Below, one piece after another: positions 1-7,210 of a stretch of DNA of 27,870 bases. The stretch's first letter is position 1, and every line of letters begins with the position of its first letter. Both the position numbers and the translations under genes were made by a program. Source of the DNA: a virus. Its lineage: Duplodnaviria > Caudoviricetes. The stretch is taken from positions 1 to 27,870 of the IMG/VR virus record IMGVR_UViG_3300011338_000581, one strand, 5' to 3'. Under the pieces are notes generated by a model. It was not told the DNA's origin and ran no database searches. It saw only the letters and a program-made list of their open reading frames with translations.

Positions 1-232
1 TTGACGCAGTAGGATTTCCTGCAATTACAATACGTTGACCTTCACTGGTTGGGTTTGTAAACGCAGCTGAAAAAACACCTCGATATACACCGGGTGCGAT
101 GTAAAGAGTGTCCCCAGGATTGATACCCGTTGCGCCTATTGCCTTAGTTATTGTCTGCCAAGCTTGACCTGCCCCGGAACCTAAGCCTGTATTGGCATCA
201 TTACCATCAGTCCTAACATAATAAGTAGCCAT
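1..232 (-). CDS. Partial (runs off left edge) right-handed beta-helix / pectin-lyase-like protein, probable tailspike or depolymerase
   Basis: Not in the ORF track. ATG at 232 overlaps the upstream stop (TAATG). Manual translation MATYYVRTDGNDANTGLGSGAGQAWQTITKAIGATGINPGDTLYIAPGVYRG matches the YYVxxxGxDxNxG...W.TI..A...PGD...I.PG.Y N-terminus of DUF1565/beta-helix proteins. Confidence 0.75.
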   Translation of the reverse strand, partial: MATYYVRTDGNDANTGLGSGAGQAWQTITKAIGATGINPGDTLYIAPGVYRGVFSAAFTNPTSEGQRIVIAGNPTAS

Positions 233-459
233 TATTCAGCTGTCCCCGCTACTATCTGCTGTGCCATAATCACCGCAAACTGAGACACAATTCCATACTG
301 GAACTGCTCATCTTGAGTGACCCACCAGACATTGACGCTGGTTCCATCCTGCCCAAACGTACCTAAAATGTTCCCGTTGTCATCTTCAATGTCACCAAAT
401 ACACGCCAATCCGTAGAAGGCGCAGGTTCTTTTTCAATCCTAAAGTTTTGGAGGTTCAT
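232..459 (-). CDS. Hypothetical virion-associated protein, 75 aa
   Basis: Start and stop overlap both neighbours in the minus-strand operon. No recognisable motif. Confidence 0.7.
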   Translation of the reverse strand: MNLQNFRIEKEPAPSTDWRVFGDIEDDNGNILGTFGQDGTSVNVWWVTQDEQFQYGIVSQFAVIMAQQIVAGTAE

Positions 460-707
460 TTGCCCACCTTCAGACTGTTAGCCTGCACACCCTTGAACGG
501 CATCGTGAGGAAGCTCAGCGCAGCACTCATCGCAGCAGAGACACCAGCCGCAACAGCCTTGCTTCCGTACAGTGCCATCACTGCACCAAGCTCGGAGATG
601 TCGTGTGCTTCAGCTGTGCGAACGCCATCGCCGAAGACTGTCGAGAAGCTTGCCACGAATGCGATCAGAACGACCACCAATAACCTTGAAATACTGATAC
701 TACCCAT
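456..707 (-). CDS. Small two-TM membrane protein, holin-like
   Basis: Hydrophobic segments LLVVVLIAFVASFSTVF and AVAAGVSAAMSAALSFLTM, with a basic C-terminus. Holin role is inference. Confidence 0.55.
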   Translation of the reverse strand: MGSISISRLLVVVLIAFVASFSTVFGDGVRTAEAHDISELGAVMALYGSKAVAAGVSAAMSAALSFLTMPFKGVQANSLKVGK

Positions 708-909
708 GTCTAGCCTCCAATACTCTTACACGCTCACTAAGTTGAATCAAGTCACGCTTGATGTCGGTTAGGTCTCTCTCTGTCTGCTTTGCATCGTGTA
801 CAAGTAGCCTTATGTCAGACTTGATATCCCAGAGCATTTTATACAAACCACCGATTGCCGCTATCACTGGGATTGCAATTCCAACACCTACCTGTACCCA
901 ATCGCTCAT
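700..909 (-). CDS. Membrane-anchored coiled-coil protein (XhlA/holin-accessory-like)
   Basis: Probable start MSDWVQ at 909 (ATGA overlap with the stop at 906). N-terminal TM followed by a heptad coiled coil ending ERVRVLE. Confidence 0.6.
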   Translation of the reverse strand: MSDWVQVGVGIAIPVIAAIGGLYKMLWDIKSDIRLLVHDAKQTERDLTDIKRDLIQLSERVRVLEARHG

Positions 910-1271
910 GACACCCGCTCCACCAGACCGCAATGTTGTACTAGTAGTTCGGTCTGTCCAAAGTCTGTACCGATGACATCCCAGTAGCGGGAATCATCAC
1001 CAATCAAATACACCCGGTCTTGTGGCATCACATCAGCTGCAACGGCCACTATGAGTGTCCATTGCGCTGATGGCTGTATGCCACCACCAACGATGCTCTC
1101 GGTATCTGACTGGTTGGTTATACGGGCGTTGTACTCTGCTACCTTGCGCCATGTCTCAGTAGCACCACCACGCCCATCTTCGGTCAGCGTGAAGCGGTGT
1201 ATCTCTACACGGTCTTGGCACAAGTTACGCACCATGCCTGCCTGTATCGTCTGGCGCAGGATAGGGCTCAT
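906..1271 (-). CDS. Head-closure / head-tail joining protein (SPP1 gp16-like)
   Basis: DRVEIHR...DGRGG...TW...A...DRV...WDV pattern, and position after the head-tail adaptor. Confidence 0.75.
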   Translation of the reverse strand: MSPILRQTIQAGMVRNLCQDRVEIHRFTLTEDGRGGATETWRKVAEYNARITNQSDTESIVGGGIQPSAQWTLIVAVAADVMPQDRVYLIGDDSRYWDVIGTDFGQTELLVQHCGLVERVS

Positions 1272-1765
1272 GCGAAAGCCACCGGTCTGTATCTATCAGC
1301 CATGGTTAGACAGTGCTGCATAAGTTGCGAGAGCTTGACATCGCTTGTGCCTTCCTTGGCATCGATGTCTGCCGCTACTCTGGACGCTTTGATTAGCCAT
1401 GCCTGCCGGGTTGCCATGCGTACGTCGTAACGCTCAACATTGATGGAACCCATATCAACCCACATCAGGACAGGGTCTGACGTGCCATCGAGTACTGACC
1501 AGCCTTTGTACTGCGCTCCCGGATAGTCTGGGAACTCAGGCTCAGTGGTTGCGGTTGTGCCTGCTGTACGGCACTCGTATACCCGTCCGTTTGGCGTTGT
1601 AGGCACTACACGGTCACCGACAGCGTAAGTAGTCGCTGCTGTCCATGTAGTGAAGCGTGAAAAGGAATCCAAGATGGAGCCGATGTCGGTTGTAGACATC
1701 TGCGGGTAACTTTGAGCAGCCACAAATAAGGATACTTGTGCGATTGCCTCGGCTCTGGTCATCAT
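1268..1765 (-). CDS. Head-tail adaptor/connector with an inserted CBM5/12-like module
   Basis: First gene after the MCP. Helical termini (YDVRMATRQAWLIKA...SQLMQHCLTMADRY) flank WTAATTYAVGDRV...NGRVYEC. Confidence 0.65.
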   Translation of the reverse strand: MMTRAEAIAQVSLFVAAQSYPQMSTTDIGSILDSFSRFTTWTAATTYAVGDRVVPTTPNGRVYECRTAGTTATTEPEFPDYPGAQYKGWSVLDGTSDPVLMWVDMGSINVERYDVRMATRQAWLIKASRVAADIDAKEGTSDVKLSQLMQHCLTMADRYRPVAFA

Positions 1766-1782
1766 GCCCTAAGTATCCCACA
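1766..1782 (-). promoter_or_regulatory. TGTGGGATACT-N6-ATG motif, putative late extended -10 leaderless promoter (copy 3)
   Basis: AGTATCCCACA at 1772-1782, exactly 6 nt from ATG 1765 and just downstream of the MCP terminator. Confidence 0.7.
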
Positions 1783-1799
1783 CGGTATTTCCACGCACT

Positions 1800-1837
1800 A
1801 AAAACAAAAGACCCCCAGCACGTCTGCCGGAGGTCTT
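1800..1837 (-). terminator. Intrinsic terminator after major capsid gene
   Basis: Minus strand AAGACCTCCGGCA-GACG-TGCTGGGGGTCTT followed by TTGTTTT. Confidence 0.85.
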
Positions 1838-1858
1838 GATTGAAGGGCTACGCTAGGA

Positions 1859-3148
1859 TTATGTAGCGGACGAAGCACCAACGATAAGTGAACCAGGCAC
1901 ACGGGCGGATGCCGTAGCACTGACGTTACCGATGTCAAATGCACTGAAGGCATAACGCTCGGTTGCCTTGAATGCCAACGCATCCTCTTTGAAGTACTGC
2001 TGATCCGATACCTCGATGGTAACGGAGCGGCGGTCACCGAATGCCGTACCAACCGAGAGGTCACCAAGCAGGATGTATGGCGTGCTCGCTGCGAGGGTCT
2101 TCTGCATATTTTGCACGAACACGACATCATAGCCAAAGAGCTTAGGCTGTGCGCCAAAAGCCTGCTGGAGGTCAAGGATAGCGTTTCCGCTGAGTGCGTT
2201 GAGCAGAGGAGCGATGGCGTTGTACCAGATCTCCTTGTGCATATACCACTTGGCGTTAGCTGCGTAGGTTGGCAACCGTCCTACCATTGCAGACAGGTTG
2301 GTAAGCGTTGGAGCATACGTGATTGTCTGACCGGTCGTGAACTGCACGAGGGATGCGATGTTAGCCTTGGTGGCGTTCGCATTGTAGACAGCGTACAAAC
2401 ATCCGTCAATGCTGGTTGTGGCATCTACTGCATTGTTGAAAACAACACGGTCTTCTTCCTTAGCAAGCACGTAAGCCATGTCACGGGCAAGCGATGCGCC
2501 AAAGTCGATGATGCTGTCTTCTGCCAGTTCCTTGGAAACCTGTGTAAGAACAGCAGCCTTCTTAGCAGTCAGGCTGACCTGTGCAAAGGTCATGTCAGAC
2601 AGCGTGATGGCGGTGTTCTCACCCGGGTAGTAAACCGTGGTTGATGCAGTAGCGTTAGGTACACGGAGCGTGTCAGAACTCATCGGGTAGATGCGGCAGT
2701 TCTGACGAGCAATACCAAACTGCTCACGGAGGTAGATAAGGTCGCTGGACAGTGGATCTGGAACAGTAAAGCCACCAGCACTGTCTGTGCCTTCGTTAGC
2801 CTTGATGTGGTTCTTTACCCAGTCAGCAGCCTTGCGGTTGCCCATGATGGAACGTGCCCACTGGCCCCATTGATACGCCTTGTAGTTGCGCTCTTCGGAA
2901 GTATCACCAGGAAGCAGGTCTGTGATGCGCTTAGATACGCCACCGGACTTCCATGGCTTGTCTTCGACAGGAGCGGAAGCCACAGGAGCGGTAACTCCGA
3001 GGCTCTTGATGGTCTCGATGCGCTCTTCAATGCTCTTGGCTTCAGCCATTAGCGACTTGACCTGTGCAAGGTCACCATCACCGGAAGCAAGCTCCCGTGC
3101 GGTAGCAAGGACAGATTCCTTGCGGTTCTGCAATGTTTCGATTGTCAT
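1859..3148 (-). CDS. Major capsid protein, HK97 fold with N-terminal coiled-coil delta domain
   Basis: EGTDSAGGFTVP, F.QVSLTAKK.A....VSKELAEDS, KLFGYDV, LLGDL and F.ATER motifs. ATGA overlap with the protease gene. Confidence 0.95.
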   Translation of the reverse strand: MTIETLQNRKESVLATARELASGDGDLAQVKSLMAEAKSIEERIETIKSLGVTAPVASAPVEDKPWKSGGVSKRITDLLPGDTSEERNYKAYQWGQWARSIMGNRKAADWVKNHIKANEGTDSAGGFTVPDPLSSDLIYLREQFGIARQNCRIYPMSSDTLRVPNATASTTVYYPGENTAITLSDMTFAQVSLTAKKAAVLTQVSKELAEDSIIDFGASLARDMAYVLAKEEDRVVFNNAVDATTSIDGCLYAVYNANATKANIASLVQFTTGQTITYAPTLTNLSAMVGRLPTYAANAKWYMHKEIWYNAIAPLLNALSGNAILDLQQAFGAQPKLFGYDVVFVQNMQKTLAASTPYILLGDLSVGTAFGDRRSVTIEVSDQQYFKEDALAFKATERYAFSAFDIGNVSATASARVPGSLIVGASSAT

Positions 3149-4092
3149 AGTTGTGTTAGCAACTCCAAGCGGGCCAACAGTTCAGCTCGCTCATTAACGT
3201 GGGCTTTCGCCTCGACTACGAGATCCGGTTGCGTCTCTGGTTGGTCTGCGTCCCGCAGTGAATCCCAAACGACAGGGGCTAGCCGTTTAGCGGCTGACCG
3301 GCTAAGACCGACTGCATCCCGCAGCCGACGTTCTACACCCCGCAGGGAAGCGGGCTGAATACACTTAGCACCGTGCATGGCGTATAGCTGCTTTGCACGA
3401 TTAGCAAACTCATTGATGATTGCCTCTGCCATACTGGCATCTGCAACCATCCCGATACCTTCGGACATGGCTTCGTAATACGCTTCCATGCCTTCATGGA
3501 TTAGGTCAGCCTCTGCCATCTTGAAAAGCTCAGCGGCGTATTCTTCAGGGGATTGCTCTGGCATTGGCTCAGGCATCATCTCTTCTTCATCTTCCATCTC
3601 GCCCATGCCGTAGTACTCCTCCAAAGACTTGACGCTGTTACGGAACTCCGCAGGTGTCGGGGTAATCGATGCCTCAGCGATAGGCCAGCGGATGATTTCG
3701 GAAGCACCGCCCATGCTTTTGCGCTCAACCATGTGAGCGGCAGCACCGGAACTAAAACCCATCTTGCCTTGCTTGCAAAGCTTGGCGATCATCTTGCCGT
3801 ACTCGTCTGCCATGTCTAGTTGTGCTTCGTACCAAAGCCCCTCAGAATCCATCTTGATAAAGCCAGAGCCGATAGACTTCTTGCCTACCTGTGAATCCAT
3901 GCCGTGATGGTAGTAAACATTCAGCGGGACACGCTTGCCTTCTTCGAGTGGGAATCCGTAGTCGGTTGCCTTGGTGAAATAATCACCTTCAAGGTCGGTT
4001 GCCTTGGAATCTCCAAAGCGCACAAGGTATCCCTTGACATAACCAAGCCTATCGCTCTTGATGCCGTCTACGAATGATGTCAGCACGTCCAT
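3145..4092 (-). CDS. HK97-type prohead maturation protease
   Basis: Start MDVLTSF at 4092. D.EGDYF, YHH, GLWYEAQL, GFSSG and EASITPTPA motifs; acidic linker and C-terminal extension. Confidence 0.9.
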   Translation of the reverse strand: MDVLTSFVDGIKSDRLGYVKGYLVRFGDSKATDLEGDYFTKATDYGFPLEEGKRVPLNVYYHHGMDSQVGKKSIGSGFIKMDSEGLWYEAQLDMADEYGKMIAKLCKQGKMGFSSGAAAHMVERKSMGGASEIIRWPIAEASITPTPAEFRNSVKSLEEYYGMGEMEDEEEMMPEPMPEQSPEEYAAELFKMAEADLIHEGMEAYYEAMSEGIGMVADASMAEAIINEFANRAKQLYAMHGAKCIQPASLRGVERRLRDAVGLSRSAAKRLAPVVWDSLRDADQPETQPDLVVEAKAHVNERAELLARLELLTQL

Positions 4093-4109
4093 GGCGTAAG
4101 TATCCCACA
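4093..4109 (-). promoter_or_regulatory. TGTGGGATACT-N6-ATG motif (copy 2)
   Basis: AGTATCCCACA at 4099-4109, 6 nt from ATG 4092, with no SD. Confidence 0.7.
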
Positions 4110-4113
4110 CACC

Positions 4114-5190
4114 CTATATGAGCTCACGTAGAGGCCGTACACGGGTGTTAGGCCCCCAGTCTTGGTTTGGTATCACCTGCACGAAATCAGCAAGCGGTTT
4201 GCCTTCCATATACATGGCGTATCTTTGTGGCCCCATAATCGCCAACTTGTCACCTTCCGACAATCCAGCAAGGATACGCTCAGGTGTTGCTACCGGCGGG
4301 CGTGTGTCCGGAATAGAAGAATCCCCGGTAATCTCTGCCCATGACATCGTTACCGGAACCATGACGCATCTACAGTTAGGATGCGATGGCATGATTTCAT
4401 CTGTGGCCGAAAGCGTACCAGACAATGCCAGACAAGCCAGACAAACCCTGCTGTCCTGCGTGGCTTGCCGTCTGTATCCTTGCACCGCTGGGTTCTGTGT
4501 ATAGAGTTGCCGTTGTGCTTCACGGGCACTGCGGATCATCTCAGTACGGGCAATGGTCTCTGCACGTTGCCTGCCAATATCAGCTGCACGTCTTACACGC
4601 CTTGCTACTGTCCGTGGGCCTTCACCAAGCGAGATGCCCTGTACCAAAGCCATCTGCATAGCATCCGTGGTTACTTGGGGGATGGTGTCAAATAAGACAG
4701 CCAGAGGGCTACCATCGCCTGCGAACCCGACAAAGGCCTGCAAGGACTCATCAGGTAGGTTTGTCCATGAAGTACCAAGGGTAACGCCTGCGGGCTTTTT
4801 ACCCGCTGCCGTTTCCACAAGGCTTTGCGTTGCATCATTAGCAAGTATTGCGCTTTGGAGTTGACCATCTGCGGTTATCGTTGCTCCCTCGATGCTGAAC
4901 TTCTTCAGGTTGCGCCCAAGCTCTTCGATGTTGTCAATGATGCGTTGCCGCATCCAGAGTATGGTTTCGCTTGGGTCTTCACCGTTATCCATTCGCTCTT
5001 GGATACGACCTTCCAGCGCTTCCAGTTCATCGATGCTCGCCTTGGTAGCTGCCTTGTATGCGCGTTGCATCCGGGATATGGCTACGCCTTCACGCTCCAG
5101 CAAATCGTTGCGAAACTTTTGGCTGGCGGCATAGATTCTGCCCGTGCCGTCGTCTACCCGTTTGAGATGTTGCACATCTCGTACCCGTAA
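4114..5190 (-). CDS. MuF / SPP1 gp7-like minor head protein; start uncertain (GTG 5175 or entry by -1 frameshift at 5190-5196)
   Basis: RAETIARTE, DSRVCLACLAL.G and PSHPNCRC are MuF motifs. No C-terminal toxin extension. Confidence 0.9.
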   Translation of the reverse strand, partial: LRVRDVQHLKRVDDGTGRIYAASQKFRNDLLEREGVAISRMQRAYKAATKASIDELEALEGRIQERMDNGEDPSETILWMRQRIIDNIEELGRNLKKFSIEGATITADGQLQSAILANDATQSLVETAAGKKPAGVTLGTSWTNLPDESLQAFVGFAGDGSPLAVLFDTIPQVTTDAMQMALVQGISLGEGPRTVARRVRRAADIGRQRAETIARTEMIRSAREAQRQLYTQNPAVQGYRRQATQDSRVCLACLALSGTLSATDEIMPSHPNCRCVMVPVTMSWAEITGDSSIPDTRPPVATPERILAGLSEGDKLAIMGPQRYAMYMEGKPLADFVQVIPNQDWGPNTRVRPLRELI

Positions 5191-6878
5191 AAAGGGTGAG
5201 ACTTGTACACTACCCCCGGAGTGCAACAGTCAATGCTTTTGCCATCAGGCTGCATAGCGTCCCGCTTGGATGTAGCCCAGCGGAAGCCAGCATCACCGCC
5301 CCACAAGTCCCAAGCAACCCTACCGGGTGATGGGAACCCATCTTCACCTGCATTGAAGCCTTCAGCCTGCTTGTCTACTTCATGCCGGCTAAAGAAAGAG
5401 TACATCCGCAAGATGGTGTCTTCGCTCAGGTTCTCACCATTGACAATCTGGTTAGCCCTTGCCAAGCCTACCCTCGTGCCACCATCGAAACCTTCAGCCT
5501 TCCAGTCAAGCGCCCGCTGTGCTGCTTCCTTCATGCCGGCAGTTGGTCGTGCTTTCGTCTCGAATGAGCGGATCGCAGGGATAGGAGCATCGGTAGTCTG
5601 TACCGGGATGGCTTGCGGGTGTAGCTGCCCTTCATCCTCTGGCACGGCTTCAAGGCCGGCAATGCGCTTTGCTTCCGCACGGTCAATGATGCCAGCCTTG
5701 TACAGGCGCTCTGCCCGTTCGGCCTCAGCCGCTAGGTCATCAGCCAGCGCCCGCACGGTTTCAAGGTCGTACTGTACAAAGTCACCCTCTTGGGTCTCTG
5801 GGTACTCTGGCAGGAGGTCGGCTGTAATAGCATCAGCAAGGGTACGCAGGAGTGGCACCATGCCATCTTCCCACGCTGCCTGCTGGGCGCGCTCGTAGTT
5901 ACTGTAGGTGCTACGCTCCAAGCCTGAACCAAGCCCTAAAACCATCGGGTTTATGCCAAGGGCTGAACAGATACGCTCCTCCGGAACACGTCTCACTGAA
6001 TCTAGTGCAAGCTCTGACGGCGTAAGGCTTACCCGGTCAAGTTTGTATGCGCCGGTCATAACCACGATGCCACCGGAACCGTCCCCGGTTAGGTCTTCGT
6101 GAAGTTGGCGCTTCACCTGCCGTGCATCATCCATCGAGATATCAACGGTCTGGTCTTTGGCATCAGGGCCGACGATAAGCGATGGCATAGCACCGTTGGC
6201 AAGCAAGCCGTAAGCGGTAGTGCTTGCGGTGTTATCGGTGGCTATCTCGCGCAGTACAGCCATGACAGGACTTCGTCCTAACCGGATGTCCTGCGGGTCA
6301 CGGTTGTAGCGGATGTGGATGATGTCTGATACCGGGATATCAAAGGAGCGCCCATCCGTTGTGTAGACATAATGCGTCAACGGGTTTACACCGTTACCAA
6401 CCGGTCTAACCATGTCTTGCGGAAGGAACTGCAAAGCGGTCACCACGCCACGGGTTGTAGATCGAATCTTGCGGAGGTACGTGTTGCCGAATAACTTGTA
6501 GTCCTGAATGGCCCAGCCCCAGAAAAGGCTACCCATTATCATCGGATCAGGTTGAGCCATCAGCTTGATTACCGGATGGTCTTCAACAGGCTCGGCTTGT
6601 TGGCTATCTACCGGTCTGTAGTATTTCGGTGTGGCCTGCGGGTAGTTACGAACGTACCAGTCAATCGCGCTTGCCACGATGCCGTTTAGGCCAAGGTCAC
6701 CGGCTATGCGTGACCAGTCTTTGGTGCTTCCAGGAAGCGCACGGCGTAGCAATGTCTGCAGCTGACCGGAACCGTAACCGGTTAGGTAGATGTCCCGTGA
6801 CTGGGACAATGGAAACGGTAGTGCCTGTGTCGGGTTGGCTGCGGCTTTACGTCCTAGGAAGCGGTCAAAGATGCCCAT
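5154..6878 (-). CDS. Portal protein (HK97 family) with a C-terminal extra domain, 574 aa
   Basis: True start MGIFDRFL at 6878. GNTY, DIIHIR, GRSP, NGAMPS, ICSALGINPMVLG and YSN.E motifs; located after terL. Confidence 0.95.
   Translation of the reverse strand: MGIFDRFLGRKAAANPTQALPFPLSQSRDIYLTGYGSGQLQTLLRRALPGSTKDWSRIAGDLGLNGIVASAIDWYVRNYPQATPKYYRPVDSQQAEPVEDHPVIKLMAQPDPMIMGSLFWGWAIQDYKLFGNTYLRKIRSTTRGVVTALQFLPQDMVRPVGNGVNPLTHYVYTTDGRSFDIPVSDIIHIRYNRDPQDIRLGRSPVMAVLREIATDNTASTTAYGLLANGAMPSLIVGPDAKDQTVDISMDDARQVKRQLHEDLTGDGSGGIVVMTGAYKLDRVSLTPSELALDSVRRVPEERICSALGINPMVLGLGSGLERSTYSNYERAQQAAWEDGMVPLLRTLADAITADLLPEYPETQEGDFVQYDLETVRALADDLAAEAERAERLYKAGIIDRAEAKRIAGLEAVPEDEGQLHPQAIPVQTTDAPIPAIRSFETKARPTAGMKEAAQRALDWKAEGFDGGTRVGLARANQIVNGENLSEDTILRMYSFFSRHEVDKQAEGFNAGEDGFPSPGRVAWDLWGGDAGFRWATSKRDAMQPDGKSIDCCTPGVVYKSHPFYGYEMCNISNG
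5164..5196 (-). other. Candidate -1 programmed ribosomal frameshift signal (C CCU UUU plus hairpin)
   Basis: Heptamer at 5196-5190 is in the portal frame and its -1 frame is the MuF ORF. GAGATGT-GCA-ACATCTC stem starts 9 nt downstream. Confidence 0.65.
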
Positions 6879-6895
6879 GTTCCTAGTATCCCACA
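6879..6895 (-). promoter_or_regulatory. TGTGGGATACT-N6-ATG motif (copy 1)
   Basis: AGTATCCCACA at 6885-6895, 6 nt from portal ATG 6878 and directly after the moron terminator. Confidence 0.7.
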
Positions 6896-6896
6896 G

Positions 6897-6923
6897 AAAC
6901 AAAAAAGCCCCCTTTCGGGAGCC
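6897..6923 (-). terminator. Intrinsic terminator of the moron gene
   Basis: Minus strand GGCTCCC-GAAA-GGGGGCT followed by TTTTTGTTT. Confidence 0.8.
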
Positions 6924-6927
6924 TGTA

Positions 6928-7134
6928 TCAATAGCAATATGAGTATTTTTCATCTTTGCTAATCTCTTTAGCATATTCGACTGTTGATTCATATTGATCG
7001 ACTTCAGCCAAGATGTCTGCTTTTGTCTTGTCTTTGTAGTATCGGCACCACGCACAGAATCCATTTACATGAACAATAACAATAACGAACTCATCTTTTT
7101 CTTCAATGTACAAACTGTAGCGTGGCTTCTTCAT
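6928..7134 (-). CDS. Hypothetical 68-aa moron protein
   Basis: AT-rich ORF with its own GGAGATA RBS (7142-7148), promoter and terminator, lying between terL and portal. Confidence 0.75.
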   Translation of the reverse strand: MKKPRYSLYIEEKDEFVIVIVHVNGFCAWCRYYKDKTKADILAEVDQYESTVEYAKEISKDEKYSYCY

Positions 7135-7163
7135 ATCTATCTATCTCCCTGCTTGATGTCAAT

Positions 7164-7197
7164 AATATACACTCTAAGTATATACACGTCAAGTATA
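7164..7197 (-). promoter_or_regulatory. Sigma70-type promoter overlapped by two TATAC-N7-GTATA palindromes
   Basis: Minus strand TTGACG-17 nt-TATATT. Palindromes at 7166-7182 and 7181-7197. Confidence 0.75.
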
Positions 7198-7210
7198 TAA
7201 AAGATATATT

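Noticed and set aside
3540-3610. Short repeats encoding MPEPMPEQ and an acidic run in the protease
   Set aside because: Low-complexity linker, not an array or a diversity-generating repeat.
4114-5190. MuF as a polymorphic toxin carrier
   Set aside because: Only ~75 aa follow HPNCRC, with no toxin motif and no downstream immunity ORF.
6879-7064. 62-aa N-terminal extension of the portal in the ORF track
   Set aside because: It overlaps the moron ORF and its terminator. MGIFDRFL at 6878 is a typical portal start with the conserved upstream motif.
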